This document shows positions 9,246-18,517 of a DNA stretch of 64,000 nucleotides, one piece after another (within the stretch, counting starts at the first letter, position 1; each line of letters opens with the position of its first letter). The notes below the pieces were generated by a model. That model worked only from the letters and a program-made list of their open reading frames with translations, made no database searches and was not told the origin of the DNA. Made by a program: the position numbers and the translations under genes. Location: NCBI GenBank assembly GCA_963786935.1, contig CAWBAN010000001.1, forward strand, positions 1,529,490-1,593,489. Direction: 5' to 3'. Origin of the DNA: an uncultured bacterium (GTDB lineage: Bacteria > Krumholzibacteriota > Krumholzibacteriia > Krumholzibacteriales > Krumholzibacteriaceae).

Positions 9246-11138
9246 ATGTTCAGGGTACCTCCCGCGCGCTTCGCGCGCATCCGGCGGCTCGCCGCCCTCG
9301 CCTTCGCCGCGGCGCTCATCGCGCCGGCCGCCGGCGCGGCGCAGGGATTCGACTTCCCCGCCGGCGCGCTCGTCACGGCCGAGATGAACCATTCGCTCTC
9401 CGTGTTCCACCCCGGCTCCACCGGATACGTGGCGATCACGGCGGACATCGCCGCCGGATGGCACATCAACGCGGAGAAGCCCCTCGAATCGTATCTCATC
9501 CCGACGGTGCTCGAGGTGAGCGCCCCGCCGGGAATCGAGATCGTGCGGATCCTCTATCCCGCGCCCGCTCTCACGAAGCTCGATATCAGCGAGACGAAGA
9601 TGGCCCTCTACGACGGCGTCGTCGTGTTCGGCGCCGTCATCCGAATCGGCCCGGACGTCCAGCCGGGCCCTTATCGCATCACGGCGACGATCCGGTATCA
9701 GGGCTGCAACAACCTCACGTGCGTCGAGCCGTCGAGCGCCTCGGCGTCCGACACGATCCGCGTGGGAACGCTCCAGGAGGCGGTCGAGCAGCTCGATGAG
9801 GAGCTCTTCTCGAAGCCTCCGTTCCCGGCGGGCGACAGCGCCGCCGCGAGCGTTGGGGCCGCCCCCTCCGCGGGCGTCGGAGCCGCTTCGTCGGGCGTCG
9901 GTGATTTCGGGAAGATGGTAGCGGAGCGGGGGCTCGCGCTCGCGCTGCTCGCCGTATTTCTCGGCGGCCTCGCCCTCAACCTCACTCCCTGCATCTACCC
10001 GCTCATTCCGGTCACGGTGAGCTACTTCGGCGCGCAGGCCGGCGGGAAGGCGTCCCGCGTGTTTCTGCTGGCGCTCGTCTACGTGCTCGGCATGTCGATC
10101 ACGTACAGCGTCCTCGGCACGATCGCCGCGATGACGGGGAATCTTTTCGGCGCGGCCCTCCAGAACCCGATCGTCGTGTTCGGAATATCCGCGATTCTCG
10201 TCGCGCTCGCCCTCTCCATGTTCGGCTTCTGGGAGATCCGCATGCCGATGTTCCTCGCGCAGCGAACGGGAAGGGGGCGCCAGGGATACGCCGGCGCGCT
10301 TTTCATGGGGCTCACCATGGGAATCGTCGCCGCTCCGTGCATCGGCCCCTTCGTCGCCGGGCTCCTCGTGTCCGTCGGCCAGATGGGCAAGCCGTTCCTC
10401 GGATTTCTCATATTCTTCACGCTCGCCTGGGGAATGGGAGCTCCCTTCATCGTGCTCGGAATGATGTCGGGAAGCATCTCGCGCCTGCCGCGCTCGGGGG
10501 ACTGGATGGTGTGGGTGCGCAAGCTGTTCGGCTTCATTCTCATCGCGATGGCGCTCTATTTCGCGCAGCATTTCCTCCCGCGGCGCCTCGTTGCGGTCGG
10601 CTACGCCCTGATCGCCGCCTGCGGGGGAATCTACCTCGGCTGGATCGATCGCGCGATCGGAACCGGCAAGGGATTCAAAGCGTTCAAGCGCGTCGTGGGC
10701 GTTTTGGGCGTCGCTCTGGCCGCAGCGGTTTTCGTCATCCCGGCGATTCGCGGAGAGAATGCCGAAGAGCGCGGCATCGCCTGGCTTCCATACAACGAGG
10801 AGATCGTCATGAACGCGCCGGGCGACGGGAAGGCCGTCATCATCGATTTCACGGCCGCCTGGTGCCTTCCGTGCCACGAGCTCGACGCCAAGACCTTCTC
10901 CGACCCGGAAGTCGTGAAGCTCGCGGCGCGCGTCATTCCCCTCAGAGTCGATCTCACCCGGTCCGGCGCGGACGAAAAGAAAATAAAGAACGCTTACAAG
11001 GTTTTGGGACCTCCGGTTATCATTTTCATCGACAAGACGGGCGCCGAGATCGAGGAGCTCCGGGTAATCGGATTCATCGACGCGCCGGAGATGCGCAGGC
11101 GCCTCGAAACGCTTATCGGCGGCGGCGCGGGAAGGTAG
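9246..11138 (+). CDS. dsbD: Thiol:disulfide interchange protein DsbD (alpha, TM and thioredoxin domains)
   Basis: 'QGCNNLTC', TM 'LTPCIYP' and 'APCIGP', thioredoxin 'DFTAAWCLPC'. Confidence 0.92.
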   Translation: MFRVPPARFARIRRLAALAFAAALIAPAAGAAQGFDFPAGALVTAEMNHSLSVFHPGSTGYVAITADIAAGWHINAEKPLESYLIPTVLEVSAPPGIEIVRILYPAPALTKLDISETKMALYDGVVVFGAVIRIGPDVQPGPYRITATIRYQGCNNLTCVEPSSASASDTIRVGTLQEAVEQLDEELFSKPPFPAGDSAAASVGAAPSAGVGAASSGVGDFGKMVAERGLALALLAVFLGGLALNLTPCIYPLIPVTVSYFGAQAGGKASRVFLLALVYVLGMSITYSVLGTIAAMTGNLFGAALQNPIVVFGISAILVALALSMFGFWEIRMPMFLAQRTGRGRQGYAGALFMGLTMGIVAAPCIGPFVAGLLVSVGQMGKPFLGFLIFFTLAWGMGAPFIVLGMMSGSISRLPRSGDWMVWVRKLFGFILIAMALYFAQHFLPRRLVAVGYALIAACGGIYLGWIDRAIGTGKGFKAFKRVVGVLGVALAAAVFVIPAIRGENAEERGIAWLPYNEEIVMNAPGDGKAVIIDFTAAWCLPCHELDAKTFSDPEVVKLAARVIPLRVDLTRSGADEKKIKNAYKVLGPPVIIFIDKTGAEIEELRVIGFIDAPEMRRRLETLIGGGAGR

Positions 11139-11143
11139 CCCTT

Positions 11144-12004
11144 ATGAAGCTCGTCACGTTCGAGAAAGCGGGCAGGCGCGCCGGCGTGGTCATCGCCGAC
11201 ATGATCCTCGACGTGAGCTCGGCGCTCCACTGCACCCCGCTTTCGGTCGAGGATCTTTTCCGCCGCGGCCTCGTCCCCGAGGTCCAGAATCTCTCCGACA
11301 ACGCGGCCGAGATCGACCGCTCGCATTTCCTTCCCCTCAAGGGAGCGCGCCTCCACGCCCCCGTGCAGGGCCCGAGCAAGATCGTCTGCCTCGGCCTCAA
11401 CTACCGCGGCCACGCCCTCGAGCAGAAGAAGGAGCCGCCGAAGCAGCCGCTCCTCTTCGCGAAGGCGCCGAGCGCGCTCACGGGGCCGTACGACGATATC
11501 GTCATCCGCCGCGGCGTCGAGCAGGTCGACGCGGAGGCGGAGCTCGCCGTCGTGATCGGCCGCGAGGGGACGCTGATCCCCGTTGCGGAAGCCCTCTCCT
11601 ACGTCGGCGGATACATGGCGTTCAACGATGTGAGCGCCCGCGCGATCCAGCACGGCGACAAGCAGTGGTTCCGGGGCAAGAGCTTCGACACCTTCGCCCC
11701 GTGCGGCCCCTGGATCGTGACGGCGAACGAGCTCGGCGATCCGGGAACGCTGGCGATCCGCCAGCGGCTCGGGGATGTCGTGATGCAGGAGAGCACCACC
11801 GCGGACATGACCTTCGACGTCGCCTCGATCGTCTCGTTCGTTTCCCAGTCGATGACGCTGCTGCCCGGAGACGTCATCGCGACGGGAACGCCCGCCGGCG
11901 TCGGCGTGTACCGCGAGCCCCCCGTGTTTCTCAAGGACGGGGACGTCGTGACGGTGGAAATCGAGCGGATCGGCGCGATCAGGAACAGGGTCAGGGCCCT
12001 CTGA
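11144..12004 (+). CDS. Fumarylacetoacetate hydrolase family protein
   Basis: 'KIVCLGLNY', 'DAEAELAVVIG', 'NDVSAR', 'KSFDTF', 'GDVIATGTPAGVG'. Confidence 0.93.
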   Translation: MKLVTFEKAGRRAGVVIADMILDVSSALHCTPLSVEDLFRRGLVPEVQNLSDNAAEIDRSHFLPLKGARLHAPVQGPSKIVCLGLNYRGHALEQKKEPPKQPLLFAKAPSALTGPYDDIVIRRGVEQVDAEAELAVVIGREGTLIPVAEALSYVGGYMAFNDVSARAIQHGDKQWFRGKSFDTFAPCGPWIVTANELGDPGTLAIRQRLGDVVMQESTTADMTFDVASIVSFVSQSMTLLPGDVIATGTPAGVGVYREPPVFLKDGDVVTVEIERIGAIRNRVRAL

Positions 12005-12016
12005 CGGCGGAGCGAC

Positions 12017-13240
12017 GTGGAATCGAAGCTCAAGAAAGTCCTCATCCTCTCGATCTGGGAAGACATCTGGTCGCTCGGCGAGGGGGGCGGCGTCGCCGAC
12101 GAGCTGCAGTTCGTCAGGCATCTCACGAAGCGGGGCATCGAGCTCCATTTCCTCATCCCGAAGCCGCGCTCGAAACGGGAGAATCTCGGCGATTCGCTCC
12201 TCACCTATCACACCTACCCGAATCTTTTCCGGGCGTTCGGGCGCTTTCCGGGCATCATGCGGCGGTTCCTCTGGCCGACCCTGTTCCCGTTCGTCGTGAT
12301 GCGGCGGCTCGAGCGGCTCGCGGTCGAGATCGAGCCCGACGTGCTCATGGGATTCACGCACTACTCGTTCTACCCGCTCAACCGGATCGGGAGGCGGCTC
12401 GGCATCCCGACGATCGTGAAGCTGTTCGGCGTGATGTACCTCGACCGGTTCGATTTCCCGAGGATCAAGTATCTCTGGAAGAGCGTCGAGCAGGTGATCG
12501 CGCTCCGGCACCCCGTCGATCGCTACATCATTCTGAACGACGGGACGCGCGGCGAGATGGCGCTCACGCGGCTCGGCATCCCGCGCGAGAAGATTTCGTT
12601 CCTCCCGAACGGCATGGACACCGAATGGGCCGATCTCCCCGTCGACCGGCGCGAGGCGCGCGCCGCGATGGGGCTCCCGCAGGACAAGATCCTCGTCGTC
12701 ACCTTCTCGCGCCTCGTCAAATCGAAGCGGATCGAGCTCATGCTCCGGGCGATCGCGATGATGGATCCGGCCGTGCGCGCCCGGGCGGCGTTCGTCGTCG
12801 GCGGCGACGGCCCCGAGCGCGCGCGGCTCGAACGCGAAGCGGCGAAGCTCGGCCTCGCGGGCTCCGTGATCTTCACCGGAGTCATCCCGCACCGGGACGT
12901 CGTCTACTTCCTCAAGGCGAGCGACGTGTTCGCCGCGACGAACGAGCTCACGAACATGTCGCTCCCCCCCTGCGAGGCGATCCTCTGCGGCGTGCCGGTC
13001 GTCGCCTTCGACGTCTCGGGCACCGCGGAAGTGATCCGCGACGGCGAGACGGGGCTCCTCGTGAAAAACGGGGACGTCGCCGGTTTCTCGATGAAGCTCG
13101 AGACGATCATCCGCGACGAGGCGCTCCGAAAACGGCTCGGCGAGCAGGCGGCGGCCTTCGGCCGGACCTATTTCGTCTCATGGGACGAGCGGATCGACAT
13201 GGAGTGCCGCGTGATGGAACGGCTCGCGGGCGGCGGATAA
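12017..13240 (+). CDS. Glycosyltransferase family 4
   Basis: 'LPNGMD', 'SRLVKSKR', 'GDGPER', 'EAILCGVPVVAFDVSG..EVI'. Confidence 0.88.
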   Translation: MESKLKKVLILSIWEDIWSLGEGGGVADELQFVRHLTKRGIELHFLIPKPRSKRENLGDSLLTYHTYPNLFRAFGRFPGIMRRFLWPTLFPFVVMRRLERLAVEIEPDVLMGFTHYSFYPLNRIGRRLGIPTIVKLFGVMYLDRFDFPRIKYLWKSVEQVIALRHPVDRYIILNDGTRGEMALTRLGIPREKISFLPNGMDTEWADLPVDRREARAAMGLPQDKILVVTFSRLVKSKRIELMLRAIAMMDPAVRARAAFVVGGDGPERARLEREAAKLGLAGSVIFTGVIPHRDVVYFLKASDVFAATNELTNMSLPPCEAILCGVPVVAFDVSGTAEVIRDGETGLLVKNGDVAGFSMKLETIIRDEALRKRLGEQAAAFGRTYFVSWDERIDMECRVMERLAGGG

Positions 13241-13392
13241 TAAGAAGACGCCTCGGCTTCTCATAAGACTTTGGGAATCCGGGGCGTCTCGCTATGAGGG
13301 TATGCCGAGCAGGCGCAGGGCATTTACGGATGGGCCGCTCTACGGCGGCTTCTTTCATCACTCCTGTTCCCTACCCGCCCACTCGCATTAGT

Positions 13393-13420
13393 ATTCTAGC
13401 CGGATTTCTCGGGTTGTCAA
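13393..13420 (-). promoter_or_regulatory. Sigma70-like promoter pointing antisense to the GT4 gene end
   Basis: Minus strand TTGACA-N16-TAGAAT. Confidence 0.45.
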
Positions 13421-13475
13421 TCCCCCCTCCATTGATTATGGTCTTGTCAAAACGCACGGAGGAGGATACCGAAAC

Positions 13476-13964
13476 ATGAGCGACGACGCGCATCTCTCGA
13501 TTCGACAAGCGGACATAAACGACGTTCCGCTCCTGTTCCAGCTGATCAAGGAGCTCGCCGAATTCGAGCGCATACCGCACGAAGTCTCGGCGACCGAGGA
13601 GATCATCCGCGACAGCCTCTTCGGCGAGTCGCCGGCGGCCGCCGCGCTCCTCGCGGAGCTCGACGGAAAGCCGGCCGGCTTCCTCGTCTACTTCGACAAC
13701 TTCTCGACTTTCGTCGGAAAGGCCGGCCTCTATATCGAGGACCTCTATGTGAGGCCCGAATACCGCGGCCTCGGCGCCGGCAAAGCGCTCTTCCTGCGCT
13801 GCGTGGAGCTCGCGCGTGAGCGGGGCCTCGGCAGGGTGGAATTCGCCGTGCTCGAATGGAATCCGGCGCGCGAGTTCTACGAGCGGTTCGGGGCCCGGGC
13901 GATGGAGGACTGGGTCCTCTACCGGCTCGGCGGGAACGCCATGAAGTCGCTCGATCACTCATAA
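13476..13964 (+). CDS. GNAT acetyltransferase (diamine N-acetyltransferase-like)
   Basis: GGAGG RBS; 'LYIEDLYVRPEYRGLGAGK', 'VLEWNPAREFY'. Confidence 0.9.
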   Translation: MSDDAHLSIRQADINDVPLLFQLIKELAEFERIPHEVSATEEIIRDSLFGESPAAAALLAELDGKPAGFLVYFDNFSTFVGKAGLYIEDLYVRPEYRGLGAGKALFLRCVELARERGLGRVEFAVLEWNPAREFYERFGARAMEDWVLYRLGGNAMKSLDHS

Positions 13965-14028
13965 AAGAGCACGATTATTGCATAATGGCCGTTGTACGGA
14001 GAATTCCGGGCACGGAAGGGAGATCACT

Positions 14029-14919
14029 ATGAAAAGCAATACGTATCTCGTTATTTTACTGTTTATTACAATGACACTCCTCTTCAACGCATCGTGCGAA
14101 TCGGACAGCAAGCCGACCGTCGAGCGCACGCACCCGCTCGATACGAACACGAGCGCGATCATCATCGACCATACCTGCCGGAACATCGATCTGATTCCGC
14201 AGGCCGCGATCGCGCAGGCCAAGGAAACCCTGCACATCGCCTACGGGCACACCTCCCACGGAAGCCAGCTCGTATACGGCATGACGGGGCTCGTCGGCTT
14301 CAAGGGCGCCCTCTACGCGTGGAACGAGGGGGGATCGGACGGCGCGCTCGACCTCAGGGACAGCCCGTCGCCGATGGAGGGGGATCTCGGCTACGCGAGC
14401 TGGGCCAGCAACACGCGGACCTACCTCGACGCGCATCCCGAGGTGAACGTCATCATCTGGTCGTGGTGCGGGCAGGTGAGCGCCGCGTCGGAGGACGACA
14501 TCGACGCCTATCTGAGCAACATGACCGCCCTCGAGTCCGATTATCCGGGGGTAAAGTTCGTCTACATGACGGGGCATCTCGACGGCACGCCCCTCACGTA
14601 CAACCTGCACCTGCGGAACGAGCAGATACGCGCCTACTGCAGGGCCCAGAAGAAGATCCTCTACGATTTCGCCGACATCGAATCGTACAACCCGGACGGT
14701 GTTTACTACGGCGCCTGGGAGCCCAACGACAACTGCGACTACGACGTCGACGGGAACGAGACGTGGGACGGCAACTGGGCGATCGAATGGCAGAACGCCA
14801 ACCCGGGAAAATGGTACGCCTGCACCGCCGCTCACACGCAGCCGCTGAACGGGAACCTCAAGGCGTATGCGGCGTGGTGGCTCTGGGCGCGGCTCGCCGG
14901 CTGGCAGGGTCCGGAGTAA
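14029..14919 (+). CDS. Hypothetical lipoprotein, possible SGNH-like hydrolase
   Basis: Lipobox-like 'FNASC'; 'YGHTSHGSQ', 'WSWCGQ', C-terminal 'AHTQPLN'. Confidence 0.6.
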   Translation: MKSNTYLVILLFITMTLLFNASCESDSKPTVERTHPLDTNTSAIIIDHTCRNIDLIPQAAIAQAKETLHIAYGHTSHGSQLVYGMTGLVGFKGALYAWNEGGSDGALDLRDSPSPMEGDLGYASWASNTRTYLDAHPEVNVIIWSWCGQVSAASEDDIDAYLSNMTALESDYPGVKFVYMTGHLDGTPLTYNLHLRNEQIRAYCRAQKKILYDFADIESYNPDGVYYGAWEPNDNCDYDVDGNETWDGNWAIEWQNANPGKWYACTAAHTQPLNGNLKAYAAWWLWARLAGWQGPE

Positions 14920-14972
14920 ATCGAAGCCCGGAGCGATAGAAGCCCGGCGCGATCAGGCGAAATCCGGCGCGA

Positions 14973-15533
14973 TCAGGCGCTCTTCCTCGACAGAATCGCG
15001 GCGACGGCCGCCTTGGCGATTTCCCCGCCGGCGAACGGCATGATCGCGAGCGAAGCCGTCTGCGCGAACGGGAATCCGCCGATGAAGGACAGGTAGGCGG
15101 CGCCGCCCGCGAGAATGAGCGCCATCCCGCAGAGAGACGCGCAGAACGCCGCGAGCCGGCCCCCGCCGAATTCCCGGAAGAGATATCCGGCCGCGAGCGC
15201 GGCCGCGGGGAAGGACACGAGGTATCCCCCGGTCGGGCCGAGGAACGCGCCCGCGCCGAAGCTGAATCCGGCGAACACGGGCGCCCCGGCCAGCCCGAGG
15301 CCGAGATACGCGAGCAGCGCGTAGAATCCGTCGCGGGCGCCGAGCGTGAGCCCGGCGAGAACGACGAAAAGGGTCTGCATCGTTACGGGGACGGGCGTGA
15401 AGGGAAGGGGCACGGCGAGCTGGGCGGCGACCGCCGTGAAGCAGACGAACGCGAGGATCTTCGCCGGCCTCGCGAGAATCCCGGCCAGGCGGACCGGCTG
15501 AGCGTATACATCGGCACAAACGATCTCTTTCAT
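14973..15533 (-). CDS. bioY: Biotin transporter BioY
   Basis: 'PFTPVPVTMQT', 'G.PVFAG', 'LGPTGGYL'. Confidence 0.92.
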   Translation of the reverse strand: MKEIVCADVYAQPVRLAGILARPAKILAFVCFTAVAAQLAVPLPFTPVPVTMQTLFVVLAGLTLGARDGFYALLAYLGLGLAGAPVFAGFSFGAGAFLGPTGGYLVSFPAAALAAGYLFREFGGGRLAAFCASLCGMALILAGGAAYLSFIGGFPFAQTASLAIMPFAGGEIAKAAVAAILSRKSA

Positions 15534-15605
15534 CCGCACGGCTGCTCCTTTCACGATTATCGTCCCTCTACGCTCGAGAGAGAGTAGCGGGCGCCGGGCG
15601 ATATT

Positions 15606-16220
15606 TCAAGCAAAAGCGGCGGGGCCGCCCTCTCCCTTGACCTCGACGTTCCCGAGATAAAAGTGCGCCGTCAGCTCGAGGTAAGCCCGTATCTTCTGCA
15701 ATATCAACGCACTATCACCGGAAAGCGCATAGCTCGTCCGGATGGCGGCGAGCACGGCGATGAACTCGAAGAGGAATATCCTGAACGTCATGAGGTAGCG
15801 GTAGTTGAACTCGAGCTTCTCGAGATAGCCCTCCCCGCCGGCGGCGCGATCCGCGCGCAGCTCCGCGTAATCCGCCGCGGTCCCGTCGACGAACGCCTCC
15901 CGGTGCCTCGACGACGTGGACTCGTGGGCCTGTTTCTCGATCGCTTCGAGCGCCGGCGCCACTTCCTCCTCCTTCAATCCGGCCGCGTCGGGGCCGGCGA
16001 TACGCGCGACGAGCGCCTCGGCCGCCGCCAGGAGCTCGTTCAGAAAAACGATGTTCCGCTCGAGGGCGGCGGCGTAATCGGCCGCGTCGGGCCGCTCGCG
16101 CTTCTTCCCGAGGAGGAGATCGAAGTTGCGCCGGAACTCGGCGGGCGCGGGATAATGCTCCGCGAGATGCGATGAGAATGTCGCGAGCACGTCTTCGATC
16201 GTTGCGGGCGTGAGCGTCAT
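15606..16220 (-). CDS. Hypothetical alpha-helical protein
   Basis: Host codon usage, clean ORF with RBS; no recognisable motif. Confidence 0.65.
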   Translation of the reverse strand: MTLTPATIEDVLATFSSHLAEHYPAPAEFRRNFDLLLGKKRERPDAADYAAALERNIVFLNELLAAAEALVARIAGPDAAGLKEEEVAPALEAIEKQAHESTSSRHREAFVDGTAADYAELRADRAAGGEGYLEKLEFNYRYLMTFRIFLFEFIAVLAAIRTSYALSGDSALILQKIRAYLELTAHFYLGNVEVKGEGGPAAFA

Positions 16221-16241
16221 ATCGACTGCCTTTCGGCGGTT

Positions 16242-17870
16242 TCAGCGCACCGGAACGGCGAGCTCGAGGGCGCCGCGCGTCCCCGGGGCGAACGAGCCCA
16301 CCGATCCGGCGGCGAACGCGCCCCCGTCCCCGACGGCGATGAATCCTTCCGGACGGGCCGCGAGCGCGCGCGCCTCGAACGGGAGAAATCCCGCGTCGAC
16401 CATCGTGAATATCGTTCCCGTCCCGCGGACGATCCGCGCGAGCGTGCCGTCCTGGAACTGCAGGACGAGGCCCGATCCGTCCGTCGAAGCGGCGATCACC
16501 TTTCCCGGCAGCGCGCCCCGGCCGATCTCCCCCATGGCGCCCGTGTCGAGGAGCGCGAGCGTATCGGCGCGGACCGACTTCCCCTTCGTCAGGATCGCGA
16601 GCGCGCCGTCCATCGTTCCGATCAGGGAGCGCCTCGCCCGCCGAAGCGCCTTGTCGCCCCGATGCGCGACGGGAACGTTCCCCGCGGCGTCCCAGAACGA
16701 GATCCCCCGCGCCTTCGAAAACGCGAGCAGGGAATCGCCGTCGAGCGCGGTGTCGTCGATGTCGTTGCCGAGCTTCACGCCGGGGGACCACGATCCCGAC
16801 GACGCGTCGTACCGGTGGCAGAAGTCGTCTTCCGTCACGACGAACACGCCGCCGGAGCCGACGAACACGCGGCTGATCTTGCGCGCGAACGATTTCTCCT
16901 CGATGAGCGCCGGCTTCTCGCCGCACCGCACGAGGAAGAGCTTGCTCTTCGCCTGGAAGTTGACGCCGCACGCGGCGACCGCCCCGGCGCGCGAGGCGTC
17001 CGCCAAAGCCGCCGTTTTCGCGTTCACCGGCGCGATGAAAGTCCAAGCGGAATCGGATTTCGAGTCGAGCACGCCGGTGGCGGCGACATACAGGCCGCGC
17101 GAGCCGGCGCCCGACGGCTCCCCGAACATGAACAGGAGCGGCTCCCCATCGCCGCGCGTGAACTTGAAGCCGGCCCCCGGGAGCGAGCGCTGCGCCGTCC
17201 GCGGCACGCACGCGCGCACGAGGAGCTCGCACGAATCGGGCCTCGCGCCGCGCGGAATCGCGAAGTAGAGGTAGCCGCCCCGCTCCTCGTTCGGCTCGAG
17301 ACGCGCCGGCTTCATCATGCCGCTTTCGAATCCGGGATAGAACGACTTCCCGAAGAGGGGCCGGTAATACCGCCCGACGTCGACCTCGGTGTAGATAAAA
17401 TAGAGCTCGACGGGGGGAACGAACACCCCCGCGGCGAACGCCCCGGCGCCCCGCATCCGAAAATCGTCCGCCTCGCCCGGCTTGAGGAATCTCCTCGCCG
17501 CCTCCTTCGGGGCGAGCGGCCTGTGCGCGGCGCCGCCGGCCACGAAGGCGAATCCCTCGAATCCCGCGCCGAGGTCCATCCCGTTCGCGGTGTGGATGAC
17601 GAGCGGCAACGGGCCGTTGTTGCGGATCGTCACGCGCACGGGGACGACGCCGCTGTCGGGCATCGCCTTCAGGAAGAAATCGGGCACGTCGTCCCCCTCG
17701 ACCGCGAACCGCGCCGCGACGGCGAGGTCGGTTCCCGTGGGAGCGCTCTCGAGCGCGAGATCCGTCGGCCCGCGCTTGAAGTAGTTGCACGAGGGCGCGG
17801 CGAACGCCGCGCAGGCGAGCAGCGCGGCCGCGCCTGCGTATCGCGCGAGTTTCGCGTTCATTCCCCTCAT
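16242..17870 (-). CDS. Hypothetical lipoprotein with beta-rich C-terminus
   Basis: Signal + 'AAPSC' lipobox; start overlaps the upstream stop (17867-17870). Confidence 0.65.
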   Translation of the reverse strand: MRGMNAKLARYAGAAALLACAAFAAPSCNYFKRGPTDLALESAPTGTDLAVAARFAVEGDDVPDFFLKAMPDSGVVPVRVTIRNNGPLPLVIHTANGMDLGAGFEGFAFVAGGAAHRPLAPKEAARRFLKPGEADDFRMRGAGAFAAGVFVPPVELYFIYTEVDVGRYYRPLFGKSFYPGFESGMMKPARLEPNEERGGYLYFAIPRGARPDSCELLVRACVPRTAQRSLPGAGFKFTRGDGEPLLFMFGEPSGAGSRGLYVAATGVLDSKSDSAWTFIAPVNAKTAALADASRAGAVAACGVNFQAKSKLFLVRCGEKPALIEEKSFARKISRVFVGSGGVFVVTEDDFCHRYDASSGSWSPGVKLGNDIDDTALDGDSLLAFSKARGISFWDAAGNVPVAHRGDKALRRARRSLIGTMDGALAILTKGKSVRADTLALLDTGAMGEIGRGALPGKVIAASTDGSGLVLQFQDGTLARIVRGTGTIFTMVDAGFLPFEARALAARPEGFIAVGDGGAFAAGSVGSFAPGTRGALELAVPVR

Positions 17871-18517
17871 TCCCGTCCCTTCTTCAGGCCTTCGAGGAGA
17901 ACCGTTCTCCCGAGAGGCGTGACGCGGCAGTACCGTTCGGCGGTGCGCACGAAGCACGGATTCTCGCAGAAGCCGCCCGAGAGGTACAGGTGCGCCGGCC
18001 GGCCGAGAAAATCGATCACGTTGCGCACGAAGCCGTGGAGGAACATGGCGACGCTCTCCTCGGGAGAGGTTCCGAGCGATATCTGCTCGAGCACGCGCTC
18101 CATGCCGAACACGCCGCAGGTGACGTTCACCCATCGGTCGGACGGCGGCAGCGTCGAGAAATCGATGTCGTAGTAGTTGCCGAGAAGCTCGAGCGTCGCC
18201 CCCGTCGTCGAGCCGCACGCGAGGTTCCAGTCGAGCTTCTCGATCTTCCGGTCCCTGAACCGGACGAACTTTATATCCCTGCCCCCCACGTCGACAAGGG
18301 AAAAGTCCGCCTCCGCGACGAGCGAGAGCCCTCCCTCGGCGAGCGCGATGAGCTCGTTCCGGTAGACGGCGCACCTGCCGCGCGCGCAGTGCCCCGTCGC
18401 CACCTCGTACCGCTCGCCCTTCCGGCGGACGAGCTCCTTCGTCGGGACGATCTCGAGCGCACCCGATTCGAGATCGAGAATCTTCGAGTACGTGCTCCCG
18501 CAGTCGGCGATCTTCAT
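17867..18517 (-). CDS. BadF/BadG/BcrA/BcrD (HgdC-like) ASKHA ATPase, CoA-enzyme activase
   Basis: 'IADCGSTYSK', 'VATGH', 'VDVGGRDIK', Fe-S Cys in 'NLACGSTTG' and 'VTCGVFG', 'LSGG'. Confidence 0.8.
   Translation of the reverse strand: MKIADCGSTYSKILDLESGALEIVPTKELVRRKGERYEVATGHCARGRCAVYRNELIALAEGGLSLVAEADFSLVDVGGRDIKFVRFRDRKIEKLDWNLACGSTTGATLELLGNYYDIDFSTLPPSDRWVNVTCGVFGMERVLEQISLGTSPEESVAMFLHGFVRNVIDFLGRPAHLYLSGGFCENPCFVRTAERYCRVTPLGRTVLLEGLKKGRE

Noticed and set aside
13107..13361. 84-aa minus-strand ORF behind the antisense promoter
   Set aside because: Arg/Pro-rich, overlaps GT4 antisense, poor SD spacing
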